Assembly: GCA_965204535.1 (NCBI GenBank)
Contig: CBDBEV010000001.1
Span: 2,752,001-2,816,000 of the forward strand
Direction of reading: 5' to 3'
DNA length: 64,000 nt
DNA from: a bacterium
GTDB taxonomy: Bacteria > UBA8248
In this document: in pieces, positions 1 to 10,272 of the stretch
How positions within the stretch are numbered: the first letter of the stretch is position 1
Layout: each line of letters starts with the position of its first letter
Position numbers and translations under genes: made by a program
The notes under the pieces: model-generated
Seen by the model: only the letters and a program-made list of their open reading frames with translations
What the model was told of the DNA's origin: nothing
The model's database searches: none

Positions 1-127
1 TGTGAGGCCATCGCTCCACTCCTTTAAGCTTCTTGCCGCACTGATATCTTGTGCGGGAGATATTACCATATTTTCCGAGAAGTCACTCCATCACGCTGTT
101 CCCGACTTTCATCATGAGGGATTCGGG

Positions 128-904
128 TTAATCATCGATGATGGCCACCGCCCGACACCAGGCGCCGCTAGCGCGCTCTATCTTGATGGGGAGCATCGAG
201 ACGGTGAACCCGAACTCGGGGATTTTATCGAGATTCATGAGTTTTTCGGCATGGATGTATTCTTTTTTGCGGCCCAGGAAATGACTGCCGAAGAAATCTT
301 TCGTGTTTCCCTGACGTCTGAGTTCCGTCATCCTGGAGACGGGAATGTCGAAACCCCATGCGTCTATCCCCATCACCTTGATCCCCTGATCGACGAGCCA
401 TTCCGTGGCGTCGACGCTCATGCCGGGATGGGTTTGTTCGAAATCGGGGGTATACAGATATTTCGTGGTGTGGTCGGTGCGGATGAGAACAATGTCCATC
501 GGCTTGAGGGAATAGCCTTTCTCTTCCAGGCCCGCCACTTTCTGCTGCGTTTCCTCCAGCGTGATGTTGTGGCCGCGCTCGGCGTCATGAAAATCGAGGA
601 CTACCCCATCACTCACGCACCATTCGAGGGGAACGAGGTCGATAGTTTTCGAGGGGTTCCCTTCACATTCGGGCCCATAGTGGTACGGAGAATCAAGGTG
701 TGTACCGCTGTGTGTGCTGATGGCCGTGATGTTCTCGGTCGCGCAGTGCATATGGTCGGGAAAATAACTGGTGTCCGGAAACTTGTATGATTTGGCTCGC
801 ATTCGGGCAAGCTCGGTGTGGTTCACGTACTGGATGGCGGCCGGATTGTTCTCCATGGGCGCGTTTTGAAGGGGAACGCTTAAATCTACAATTCTACGGG
901 CCAT
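128..904 (-). CDS. Cyclase family (kynurenine formamidase-like) metal-dependent hydrolase
   Basis: N-terminal VDLSVPL, signature HSGTHLDSPYH, DIVLIRTD, MGIDAWG, C-terminal ASGAWCRAVA. Confidence 0.9.
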   Translation of the reverse strand: MARRIVDLSVPLQNAPMENNPAAIQYVNHTELARMRAKSYKFPDTSYFPDHMHCATENITAISTHSGTHLDSPYHYGPECEGNPSKTIDLVPLEWCVSDGVVLDFHDAERGHNITLEETQQKVAGLEEKGYSLKPMDIVLIRTDHTTKYLYTPDFEQTHPGMSVDATEWLVDQGIKVMGIDAWGFDIPVSRMTELRRQGNTKDFFGSHFLGRKKEYIHAEKLMNLDKIPEFGFTVSMLPIKIERASGAWCRAVAIIDD

Positions 905-967
905 TATTCGATACTCCTCACGTATTTGGTTTTGGGTGTAAACTGCCCGGCGCCTGACGGTTTCGGG

Positions 968-1411
968 TTACTTCTCATCCAATTTCAGGCCCGGCGGCGG
1001 AGCGGCGGCCTTCTCTCCGCGCTTGAGCAAGGGAAAGACCTCGTTCGCGGCGATTCGTGCCGCCTGAAGCATATAGGGCATGCCGCAATAGATGGCCATC
1101 TGAATGATGACTTCCATGATCTGTCGCTTTGTCGCACCGCAGTTCCATGCGGCCTGAATGTGGGTGCGCAATTGTGGATGCGCGTTGGCCATGACGCATG
1201 CGGCCACGGCGCAAAGTTCTCTGGTTTTCTGGGGCAAGACGTCCCGATCATAAAGTCCGCCGTAGCAGAAGTTCATGAACATTTCCATGAATTCTTCGTC
1301 CGCCCATTCGGCCATATCATGGCCGATACGTTCGGTGAATTCCTTGGTCCAAAGGTGTGTGCCGCGCTTGAGAGCTTTCGTGGGAATTTTGGGCTTTCGT
1401 TTTGGAGGCAT
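968..1411 (-). CDS. Carboxymuconolactone decarboxylase (CMD/PcaC-like) family protein
   Basis: YGGLYDRDVLPQKTRELCAVA..LRTHIQAAWNCGAT..IMEVIIQMAIYCGMP pattern. Confidence 0.85.
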   Translation of the reverse strand: MPPKRKPKIPTKALKRGTHLWTKEFTERIGHDMAEWADEEFMEMFMNFCYGGLYDRDVLPQKTRELCAVAACVMANAHPQLRTHIQAAWNCGATKRQIMEVIIQMAIYCGMPYMLQAARIAANEVFPLLKRGEKAAAPPPGLKLDEK

Positions 1412-1672
1412 TGTATCTCCTTCAGTGGATTGATCCCGGAAAAGGGCTTGCTCAAAAGAAATTTAATCGAATTGGCGGAATTGCTAGCACGCACGAAATC
1501 GCCTGTCAAACCGGAACGGGGTGGGGTTTGGAGCATTATTAACTTGCGGGTAATACGGCGGAAACGATATCGAAATACTTCTCGCCTACAAAACCGAGAC
1601 GATACTTTAGGAATGCGAGTTCTCAAAATAGTTAGAACGTAAAAATAACCAAAGCGTATCGGAGGAGGGGGC

Positions 1673-3064
1673 ATGAGAAGAAGAAATCTCTACGTTACGG
1701 CGGTGTTGGTCTTCGCCATGTGGGTTTTGTCTTTTGCCGGCAACGGCTGGGCACAGGATGTCAAGGCCATGGCAAAGAGCCTCGCGGATTTGCAAGTCGC
1801 GGCGGACACTGTTTGGGTGATGGTGGCCGGGTTTTTAGTGTTTTTCATGCATGCGGGCTTTGCGATGCTCGAATCGGGGCTTTGCCGGGCCAAGAACACC
1901 GTCGCCATTCTCTATAAGAATTTTGGCGTCGTCGCCGTCTCGTCCCTGGCATTTTGGATATTGGGTTTCGCCCTCATGTTTGGCGATGGCAGTTCGATAC
2001 TCGGAACGAATGGTTTCTTCCTTTCGGGGGCGGACAACAGTCCGGCCACGGGTGATGCGTACAAAGGTGTTTTCTCGTCACTTAATTGGACGGGCGTGCC
2101 GCTATACGCGAAGTTTTTCTTCCAACTCGTTTTCGCAGCGACGGCGGCGACCATCGTCTCGGGCTGTGTGGCCGAGCGTATCAAGTTTTCCTCGTTCATG
2201 ATCTTTAGTTTTCTGCTTGTCGCCATCATCTATCCCATTCAGGGACATTGGATTTGGGGTGGCGGCTGGCTGGGTGGAATGGGTTTTCTCGATTTCGCCG
2301 GTTCCACCGTGGTTCACTCCGTAGGTGGTTGGGCGGGACTCGCCGGAATTATCGTTCTTGGTCCCCGGCTCGGCAAGTATACGTCCGACGGCCGGATGCA
2401 GGCGATGCCTGGTCACAATATGCCGCTCGTCACCTTGGGTGGATTCATATTATGGCTCGGGTGGTTCGGATTTAACCCGGGGAGCACCATGGCCGCCGAC
2501 GCCGGCGCCATTGCGCGCATCGCGGTGACGACAAACCTCGCTGCCTCGGCGGGCGTCGTAGCCTCGAGCATGACTTCGCGGACCATGTTCGGCAAAGCCG
2601 ATCTTTCCATGAGCGTGAACGGGGCGCTTGCAGGGCTGGTGGCCATCACAGCACCATGCGCCAACGTCACTCCGCTGGGAGCGGTGATTATCGGTCTGGC
2701 TGCGGGCGTCATCGTCTGCATTGCGGTTCCGTTTCTCGATAAGATCAAGATAGACGATCCGGTCGGCGCCGTTTCGGTTCACTTGGTATGCGGCATCTTC
2801 GGGACGCTTGCGCTCGGTTTATTTGCCGCGCCTTCCATTGACGATGGCGTCGTGGGGTTGTTCTACGGCGGCGGTGCAGGGCTCTTCATCAAGCAGCTTA
2901 CAGGTGTCATCGCGGTCGGTGTGTTTACCTTCGTCTTGTCCCTCATCCTTTGGCAGGTTGTGAAAGCCGTGATTGGTGTGCGCGTTTCCGCAGAAGACGA
3001 ATTGGCCGGTCTCGACCTCTCGGAGCACGGCATGGAGGCCTACGCAGGCGAGAGGCTGGGTTGA
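1673..3064 (+). CDS. amtB: Ammonium transporter AmtB
   Basis: FFMHAGFAMLESG, DFAGSTVVH, GWFGFNPGS, DDPVGAVSVH, GLDLSEHG motifs; GGAGG RBS; followed by PII gene. Confidence 0.97.
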   Translation: MRRRNLYVTAVLVFAMWVLSFAGNGWAQDVKAMAKSLADLQVAADTVWVMVAGFLVFFMHAGFAMLESGLCRAKNTVAILYKNFGVVAVSSLAFWILGFALMFGDGSSILGTNGFFLSGADNSPATGDAYKGVFSSLNWTGVPLYAKFFFQLVFAATAATIVSGCVAERIKFSSFMIFSFLLVAIIYPIQGHWIWGGGWLGGMGFLDFAGSTVVHSVGGWAGLAGIIVLGPRLGKYTSDGRMQAMPGHNMPLVTLGGFILWLGWFGFNPGSTMAADAGAIARIAVTTNLAASAGVVASSMTSRTMFGKADLSMSVNGALAGLVAITAPCANVTPLGAVIIGLAAGVIVCIAVPFLDKIKIDDPVGAVSVHLVCGIFGTLALGLFAAPSIDDGVVGLFYGGGAGLFIKQLTGVIAVGVFTFVLSLILWQVVKAVIGVRVSAEDELAGLDLSEHGMEAYAGERLG

Positions 3065-3121
3065 TGCAAGCGCGAGGGGATTTGTACTGGATGAATCCAT
3101 CCGTCATCTTGAGAGGAATGA

Positions 3122-3463
<342 letters not shown>

Positions 3464-3581
3464 GAATTTGCTCCGCATCGGGGTCGTTTCCACGACAAGG
3501 CGGAGTTGATGGTGTAGAAGATTTTATCGTCTTTGGTATCTGCCTTCGGAGCGATTCTTCAAATACCAAGTATCCAGCCTT

Positions 3582-3614
3582 AAAAAACCGGCCTTTACCA
3601 GGGCCGGTTTTTTT
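3582..3614. terminator. Rho-independent terminator (bidirectional shape) after amtB-glnK
   Basis: AAAAAACCGGCC-tttaccag-GGCCGGTTTTTTT. Confidence 0.8.
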
Positions 3615-3712
3615 GCGCTCGAACTTCTCAAAGAATACAAACTTTCCATGCGTCATTTTCAATCAAGTCCCCGAAGCATCTGTTTCTGTGGGTCTTGGTG
3701 TCTTTTCTTAAA

Positions 3713-3728
3713 TTTAGACATGTCTAAA
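3713..3728. promoter_or_regulatory. Perfect 16-bp palindrome, candidate operator resembling DtxR/MntR-family TTTAG-N6-CTAAA boxes
   Basis: TTTAGACATGTCTAAA in AT-rich flanks, 17 bp upstream of a -35 hexamer; regulator identity is inference. Confidence 0.6.
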
Positions 3729-3745
3729 AATTTATTCAGCAGGGG

Positions 3746-3775
3746 TTGACTTTGTTTTTTGCATATCAATAAAAT
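3746..3775 (+). promoter_or_regulatory. Candidate sigma70 promoter of the cytochrome-phnDCE operon
   Basis: TTGACT (3746-3751), 18-bp spacer, TAAAAT (3770-3775). Confidence 0.55.
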
Positions 3776-3873
3776 TGTTTTGTTGGTGTTTTTTCTGGAG
3801 AATCGTAAATATGTTATGCGGCCTCATAGCGCCCGGGGCGAAGCTTGCTCTGCGTGTGAAAAATTCCTTGACG

Positions 3874-5772
3874 ATGCCGGCATGGCTTATGGCCGCTGGG
3901 CTTCTGATGATGAGTTTCAGTCCGGCCTCGGCGCACATCGTCCCTCCCGAAGAATTGCACCCCGTTGCCGAAAGTTATCGTCGAGTCAGTTTCATCTTGA
4001 ATCTGAATCCAGTGCTCTGGCCGCAGATATGGTCCGATATGGAGCGTATCCAGGAAGCTCTCGGAGCTGTGGATTCCCATGGTGCGAAAAAATACTCGGC
4101 GGAGTTGGCTGCTGCCAAGCGTGTGGCTCAGCCGGTGGGCAGAGGTGATGAAGAGCCGGATATGGTCGTCGCGCGCAAAAACGGGAGTCGTTTGGTTTTC
4201 TCCTTGGTGACGCGGGGAATCACCTCGTTGTTAATCTCTCGCTTGGACGGGATCAAAGCGGATTCGAGCAGAGCCGAGGTGAAAAACCGCCTGAACGAGG
4301 CGCGCAGAATATCTCAGGCTTTCGCTGATGTCTTGCCGCATCTGGATCCGGAAGGGTGGAAGAGGCTGCAGGTCCACTGGCTCGAAGCGAATTCTCATCT
4401 TGGGGCTGCGGGCGTGATGGGCATCGGCTCAAGGCCGATGAATCTGGAGAAAATCCGCGAGAGCGTCGCGTTTATTCGCCGATATTTCCATTCGAATTTT
4501 TCCGGGTTCCGGGCCGGAAAAGAACACAGACTTTTACCCCGTCCCAAGGCGAGCGAAACGTATATTCAGTCAGCGAAAGTGCCGTGGCGCCTGCCGCCCG
4601 GCTCCGATATCAACAAGCAACGCCCGCGTCCCAGACAAATTCTCGGCATGGCGGAGCGCGGAGCAAGCGAGGCGGAAACCTTTCTCATTGCCCTGGGAGA
4701 CATGGCTTTCGACAGTCCTGAGATTTTCGGTGAGCCAGCGCTTAGCCTCGGAATAAGTTGCAACACTTGCCACAACAAGGGAGTGACGAATCCCAAATTC
4801 TTCATCCCGGGACTTTCCAGGGAAAAGGGCGGGATGGACGTGTCAAACAGCTTCTTCGCAGGGCACGCCAACAACGGCCTGCACGATCCACTGGACACGC
4901 CCGATTTGCGGGGCATTCGCTTCACGGCCCCATATGGCAGAAACGGGCGTTTCGCCTCGCTCAGAGAATTCGTCCGCAACGTCATCGTGAACGAGTTCAA
5001 TGGGCCAGAGCCCGATCCGATGGTCATGGACGGGATGATCGCCTATATGAACGAATTCGAGTTCTTGCCGAACCCGAAGCTGAAAAAAAGCGGGAGACTG
5101 AATCCCAGGAAGGTTTCGAAAGCAGCCCTTCGAGGCGAGAAGATATTTCACCGGAAGTTTCCGCAGATGATGGGTGGCATGAGTTGCGCGAGTTGTCACA
5201 TCCCAAACGCGAATTTTGTCGACCACAAACGCCACAACATCGGTTCCACGGGAGGAGAGAACCAGCCCTTCCACGTGGGAGGCCTGGATACGCCCACACT
5301 ACTCTCGTCGAAATTCACGGCCCCATATTTCCACGACGGGAGCCTGCCCACCCTACGGGCGGTGAATGAATGGTTCAACACGCAATTCAAGCTGGGATTG
5401 GGTGCAAAGGACATCGACGATCTCACGGCCTACGTCGAAGCCGTGGGTGATGGCGTCCAGGGGATTGAGGATACTGTTTACACGCTGGAGTCGGAGTTGG
5501 AGGAGTTCAAGTTTTTCCTCTCCACGTATGAGCATTTGAAGCAGAGGAAGAAAAGAGAGTTGATCACCGTCTTGTTGAAAACAGTGGTGCGTGAAGTACA
5601 GGCCCACAAATGGGACGTTCAGGACAAGGAAAATCTACCGATTCTCAATGAGATGGAAAAGAAACTGAATGAGGCCTTGCGAGCTCATCTAGATGGCGAC
5701 GTGAAGATGACCGACGGCAAAATAGCGGCTTATCACGCGCTTTATCAGAAAAACCAGGACAAATTGAAATGA
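3874..5772 (+). CDS. Secreted di-heme cytochrome c, CcP/MauG superfamily, with long N-terminal helical extension
   Basis: Two heme motifs CNTCH and CASCH; TPDLRG..TAPYG and TPTL..TAPYFHDGS; ALRGEKIF; signal peptide MPAWLMAAGLLMMSFSPASA. ORF is open from 3775, start chosen by signal peptide. Confidence 0.85.
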   Translation: MPAWLMAAGLLMMSFSPASAHIVPPEELHPVAESYRRVSFILNLNPVLWPQIWSDMERIQEALGAVDSHGAKKYSAELAAAKRVAQPVGRGDEEPDMVVARKNGSRLVFSLVTRGITSLLISRLDGIKADSSRAEVKNRLNEARRISQAFADVLPHLDPEGWKRLQVHWLEANSHLGAAGVMGIGSRPMNLEKIRESVAFIRRYFHSNFSGFRAGKEHRLLPRPKASETYIQSAKVPWRLPPGSDINKQRPRPRQILGMAERGASEAETFLIALGDMAFDSPEIFGEPALSLGISCNTCHNKGVTNPKFFIPGLSREKGGMDVSNSFFAGHANNGLHDPLDTPDLRGIRFTAPYGRNGRFASLREFVRNVIVNEFNGPEPDPMVMDGMIAYMNEFEFLPNPKLKKSGRLNPRKVSKAALRGEKIFHRKFPQMMGGMSCASCHIPNANFVDHKRHNIGSTGGENQPFHVGGLDTPTLLSSKFTAPYFHDGSLPTLRAVNEWFNTQFKLGLGAKDIDDLTAYVEAVGDGVQGIEDTVYTLESELEEFKFFLSTYEHLKQRKKRELITVLLKTVVREVQAHKWDVQDKENLPILNEMEKKLNEALRAHLDGDVKMTDGKIAAYHALYQKNQDKLK

Positions 5773-6692
5773 GAAGAACCATGCGTTTCGTCCGAAAAAT
5801 TTCGTCGCAAGCGCCGAGAGTCGTTTTTCAGATGGTGATTCTCCTTATTTTCAGCTTTTTGGTGTTTGCTGCGGCTCCCCTCTACGCGGTCGATAGAGAG
5901 CTTCGGGTCGCGTTCATTCCGCTGGAGAATCCCGAGAAACTCATTAGCAACGTGAGGCCTGCGATGAATTTTCTGGAAAAAGAAATGGGGCGGAAAGTCC
6001 GCTATTTCATCACCTTGAACTACTCGGCCGCAGTAGAAGCGATGATCTCGAAAAAGGCGGACGTAAGCTTCATGTCTCCGCTGCCTTATGTCCTGGCAAA
6101 CAAGTATTCGGGAGTCGAGGCGGTGCTCGGAGAGATATACGACGGAAAACCCTACTACTATTCGAGGATTTTCGTTCGCAAGGACAGCGGCATCAAGAGA
6201 CTATCCGATCTCAAGGGAAAGACCATTGCTTATGTCGATCCCATTTCGAGTTCGGGGTTCATGTACCCCCATGACATTTTCATCCGCGCTGGTCTGGCGA
6301 ATGGGGGAGTGGAAAAGCCCGAGGGCGGATTTTTTCGAAGAGTTTATTTCGCAGGCGGGGATCAGCAGGCGATCAACTCGATGGTCGGCGGCTTCGTCGA
6401 CGCCGCCGGCGTCAGTCAATACGCCCTCAATCTTCTCCGTCCCGAGCAGCGCGATCAAGTCGTCGCTATTGCGCAATCGGCCAAAATCCCCAGCCACAAC
6501 GTGGTGGTTCGCAAAGGCCTGGAGCCTGAAATCAGGCGAAAATTCATTGCGGCGATGATGAAGATGAACCGGCCCGAGTATCGCAGTTTGATACGGGCTC
6601 TTTACGGGACGAATGGTTACGTCAGAGTCGATCACAGTCGATATCAACCTGTGGCCGATATGGCTCGTAGGTATGGTTTTTTGAAGGAGTAG
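5769..6692 (+). CDS. phnD: PhnD-like ABC transporter substrate-binding protein
   Basis: LRVAFIPLEN, YSAAVEAM, DLKGKTIAYVDPISSSGF, signal peptide; ATGA overlap with the upstream gene. Confidence 0.8.
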   Translation: MRRTMRFVRKISSQAPRVVFQMVILLIFSFLVFAAAPLYAVDRELRVAFIPLENPEKLISNVRPAMNFLEKEMGRKVRYFITLNYSAAVEAMISKKADVSFMSPLPYVLANKYSGVEAVLGEIYDGKPYYYSRIFVRKDSGIKRLSDLKGKTIAYVDPISSSGFMYPHDIFIRAGLANGGVEKPEGGFFRRVYFAGGDQQAINSMVGGFVDAAGVSQYALNLLRPEQRDQVVAIAQSAKIPSHNVVVRKGLEPEIRRKFIAAMMKMNRPEYRSLIRALYGTNGYVRVDHSRYQPVADMARRYGFLKE

Positions 6693-6695
6693 GAA

Positions 6696-7541
6696 ATGTC
6701 GAAAGAAATGGTCATCCAAATCGAAGATGCGCGTGTGGAGATGGAGGGGCGGACGATTCTTGCCATTGATCATCTTGAGGTCTCTCGTGGGGAGAGGCTG
6801 GCCATCATCGGCAACAGCGGTTCCGGCAAGACGACCCTAATGAGAATGCTGAAGGGCTACGTGCCCTGCCATGAGGGTAAGGTAGTCGTGATGGGGGATA
6901 TTTTCCCAATCAAGGACCCGCAGAAGATGAAAACGCATCATCGCCATATCGGTATGATTCATCAGCATTTCGACCTGATAGGCCGGGAAACCGTCTGGCA
7001 AAACGTCTATCACGGAAGGTTGGGTTACGTGTCTTTGCTCAAAAGCGCGTTAGGAATCTGCTCGCAGCGCGATTTGCAAATCTGCGCACAGGCTATTCAC
7101 GAGGTGCATCTCGAGAACATGCAGCGTCGCTTCGCCCGCACGCTCTCCGGCGGAGAACAGCAGCGCGTGGCCATCGCCCGGGCGTTGGCGCAGGAGCCGA
7201 CGATTCTGCTGGCAGACGAACCCGTTTCGAGCCTGGACCCGGCATTGGCAGAGGACATTATGGATCTTCTCGTGTCCGTTTGCGACGCCTACGAACTCAC
7301 GCTCATGATGAGCCTCCACCTCCCCGAACTGGCGCGCAAGTATGCCGATAGAATCCTTGCGATGAAAAACGGAAAAATCATGTGGGATGGTTCTTCGGAT
7401 TCCCTCTCGAATGATAGGATATGTGAAATCTACGAGTTCATGGGAACGAACGGAGTCGTGAATGGGAACGGGACGAGAGCAAGCAGAAGCGCTTTCACCT
7501 GGCCGTATGGCTGGCAAGGTCAGCCTCTTCCTGGCGGTTAG
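6696..7541 (+). CDS. phnC: PhnC-like ABC transporter ATP-binding protein
   Basis: Walker [40 protein letters not shown]. Confidence 0.85.
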   Translation: MSKEMVIQIEDARVEMEGRTILAIDHLEVSRGERLAIIGNSGSGKTTLMRMLKGYVPCHEGKVVVMGDIFPIKDPQKMKTHHRHIGMIHQHFDLIGRETVWQNVYHGRLGYVSLLKSALGICSQRDLQICAQAIHEVHLENMQRRFARTLSGGEQQRVAIARALAQEPTILLADEPVSSLDPALAEDIMDLLVSVCDAYELTLMMSLHLPELARKYADRILAMKNGKIMWDGSSDSLSNDRICEIYEFMGTNGVVNGNGTRASRSAFTWPYGWQGQPLPGG

Positions 7542-8253
7542 CGCACTCTTATTCTGGTCTTTTCAGGGTTCTGAGTTTTCACCCGGGCAATTCTGGCGCG
7601 GGATTCCCCAACTGTTTCATTTCTTTGGCCGGATGACGCCGCCCGATTGGTCAGTTTGGGATGTTTTACTGACCTCGGCTGTCGAAACGCTGCAAACCAC
7701 CATTGCGGGCACTTTTCTGGGTGCTTTGTTTGCCTATCCATTGGGCGTGCTCGCGGCGTCGAACTGGACGCCGGTTTGGGTACACTTGCCCATCAAGGCG
7801 TTCATGGCGTTCGTCCGCTCCATCCCACTGTTACTCCTCGCATTGTTGTTTGTCTCCGCCGTGGGGCTCGGCCCTTTTCCCGGCGTGCTGGCGTTGGCGG
7901 TGCACTCTGTCGGCGTGCTCGGCCGGTTCGTGGCGGAGGAAATTGAGGCGACCGACCCGAAACCTCTGCTGGCACTACAGGGCACGGGGGCCTCTTCCCT
8001 TCAGATCATTCAACACGGCCTCATTCCTCAAGTATTGCCTCAAATGGTCGCGCATCTGGCCATACGTTTCGAGATGAATCTGCGCGATTCCACGATTTTG
8101 GGTCTCGTCGGCGCGGGAGGACTGGGATTTTACGTGTTCTTGTACGTGAAGCAGTTTCAGTGGCAAAAATCAGGCGTGCTTGTGCTGGCGATCATCGCCC
8201 TGGTTTTCGCGGGAGAATTCGCCGCATGGCAGGTCAGAAAGCGGCTGATCTAA
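7462..8253 (+). CDS. phnE: PhnE-like ABC transporter permease
   Basis: PPDW, RSIPLLLLALLFVSAVGLGPFPGVLAL, FEMNLRDSTILGLVGAGGLG. Confidence 0.9.
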   Translation: MGTGREQAEALSPGRMAGKVSLFLAVSALLFWSFQGSEFSPGQFWRGIPQLFHFFGRMTPPDWSVWDVLLTSAVETLQTTIAGTFLGALFAYPLGVLAASNWTPVWVHLPIKAFMAFVRSIPLLLLALLFVSAVGLGPFPGVLALAVHSVGVLGRFVAEEIEATDPKPLLALQGTGASSLQIIQHGLIPQVLPQMVAHLAIRFEMNLRDSTILGLVGAGGLGFYVFLYVKQFQWQKSGVLVLAIIALVFAGEFAAWQVRKRLI

Positions 8254-8337
8254 CCGGAACGCTCGATGGAGTCGAGTGGTGATGAACCTTGCTCTGTCTG
8301 CGGAGCTTTCGAGCGGGTTGAAGCAGGAGGAACTGGG

Positions 8338-10014
8338 ATGGATACACTGATTGAGCTTCTGAAAGAGACAACCGCGAAATTTCCCGATTCGATCGCCCTT
8401 GAAGGCGACGTGGAAGGACGCGGAAGAGTGGCGCTCACGAGAAAGGAGTTGTGCGCAAAGGCGGCCGCCTTGGCCCGTGAACTGATGGATGCGGGCGTGA
8501 AACCGGGCGATTTCGTAGCCCTGCTGGCGCCAAATCAACCCGAATGGGGGGTGGGGTATTATGGGGCGCTGCTCGCCGGCGGGGTTCTCGTGCCCCTGGA
8601 TGTGAATCTCAAAAAAGGAGAACTCGCAAACATCCTGGAGAAGGCAAGACCCGTATGCCTGGTTACGGATGCTCAGGAAGAGGAGCGTTCCAGGACGCTT
8701 GCGGACGCTCTCGCATCGACTTGCGCGGTATTGCGCATCGATGGGGACAGAGAGCCTGCCCTTGCCGCTTCGCTGGATACGCTGCCGGGCGCAGAACGAA
8801 GTCCGGATGATCTGGCACTGGTGTCGTTTTCATCGGGGACGACCGGTACTCCCAAGGGCGTGATGCTCTCTCACGGGAATATCACCTCTAACGTGCGCGC
8901 TGTACTTGAACCTTTCTTCGCCGGGAAGGACGACGTTTTTCTCTCGATTCTGCCGCTTCATCACATGTTCGAGAGCACGGGCGGTTTTCTGATACCGCTG
9001 GCGGCCGGTGCCCGCGTGCATTACCTCTCATCGTTGAACCCACGCCTCCTCGTGGAGGCCATGCAAAACCAGGGCATCACCATCTGCCTCATGGTGCCTG
9101 CGCTGGCGCGGCTCATCCACAAGCGAATCATGTCGAACGTGGAATCGCTGAGCGGTGCGAAGAAACTCGTCTTCAAGATGCTTTTCGGGATTTCCGGTGT
9201 TTGTCTCTCCATGGGCCTTCGCGTCGGGCATCTCTTGTTCTCTCAGGTGAAGAAGAATCTCGGTCCGAATCTTCGCTATTTCGCGAGCGGAGGCGCGGCG
9301 CTCGACCCCAAGATCGCACGCGATTTGCTCGTTTTTGGGATCGAAGTGCTCCAGGGGTATGGCTTGACGGAAACCTCCCCCGTCACCCATGCGAATCCGC
9401 CGGGAGCGCCGAACAGAATCGGAACCGTCGGCCCCCCGATTCCGGGGGTAGAGGCGCGGATTGTACCCGTAGAGGGCGCGGATGAGGGAGAAGGGGAAAT
9501 CCTCATACGTGGCCCGAACGTGATGCAGGGCTACTTCGAGAACCCCGAACTCACGGCGGAAGTCCTGCGGGATGGGTGGTTTCATACTGGAGACATCGGC
9601 CGCCTGGATGCGGACGGCTACCTCACGATATGCGGCCGTTCGAAGAACGTCATCGTCTCCGAGGCGGGGAAAAACATCTATCCCGAGGAGGTGGAAGAGC
9701 AGCTTCTCGAGAGCGAGTGGTTTCAGGATGTATGCGTCATAGGGTGGAAAAAACCCCGCGGCGGCGAGGAGGTATTCGCTGTCGTGGTGCTCGACCCGGA
9801 AGCCGATTTGCCTGATGAAGACGAGAAGCGCACCGCCTTGGCCGATTCCGAACTCAAACGATTGAGCGTGCATCTCGCGGATTATAAGAGAGTGGCCGGA
9901 TTTTTCCTCTGGCCTGAGGAGGAGTTGCCCAAAACCACCACGCGCAAACACAAGAGAGAGGACATCAAGGCGATATTGCGTGAGCAGCCAGACTTCTCTG
10001 CGGATGATTTTTGA
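8338..10014 (+). CDS. AMP-dependent long-chain acyl-CoA synthetase
   Basis: FSSGTTGTPKGVMLSH, QGYGLTETSP, GWFHTGDIG, GKNIYPEEVE, LPKTTTRK; AGGAGG before ATG 8338. Confidence 0.9.
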   Translation: MDTLIELLKETTAKFPDSIALEGDVEGRGRVALTRKELCAKAAALARELMDAGVKPGDFVALLAPNQPEWGVGYYGALLAGGVLVPLDVNLKKGELANILEKARPVCLVTDAQEEERSRTLADALASTCAVLRIDGDREPALAASLDTLPGAERSPDDLALVSFSSGTTGTPKGVMLSHGNITSNVRAVLEPFFAGKDDVFLSILPLHHMFESTGGFLIPLAAGARVHYLSSLNPRLLVEAMQNQGITICLMVPALARLIHKRIMSNVESLSGAKKLVFKMLFGISGVCLSMGLRVGHLLFSQVKKNLGPNLRYFASGGAALDPKIARDLLVFGIEVLQGYGLTETSPVTHANPPGAPNRIGTVGPPIPGVEARIVPVEGADEGEGEILIRGPNVMQGYFENPELTAEVLRDGWFHTGDIGRLDADGYLTICGRSKNVIVSEAGKNIYPEEVEEQLLESEWFQDVCVIGWKKPRGGEEVFAVVVLDPEADLPDEDEKRTALADSELKRLSVHLADYKRVAGFFLWPEEELPKTTTRKHKREDIKAILREQPDFSADDF

Positions 10015-10272
10015 TTTCGTGGTGTGGGTGACAGATCCGTGTGCGTTTTTTAATTTGTAGTGTTATTCCTTTATCAAACCCGCGGCAGAACAAAGCATTC
10101 ATACCTGAACGGAATAGCCGCCCAGACCCATAAGCGCAGGTTCGGGCGATGGATTGGTTTATCTCCATTGTTTGTGTTATCTACCCTTCATTGAACAAAT
10201 TATCCGAGCGTCAAGCGAACCTTTGCGGATTTTCTTCAGCGAGGGCGTCAACGTGATGAGGAAAGCGAATCG

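Noticed and set aside
1411-1673. Sigma54 promoter for amtB-glnK (TGGCGGAATTGC near 1473)
   Set aside because: GG to GC spacing is 7 bp rather than the required 10.
10014-10272. Possible structured RNA in the intergenic region
   Set aside because: No recognisable riboswitch or sRNA motif by eye; an Rfam scan would be needed.
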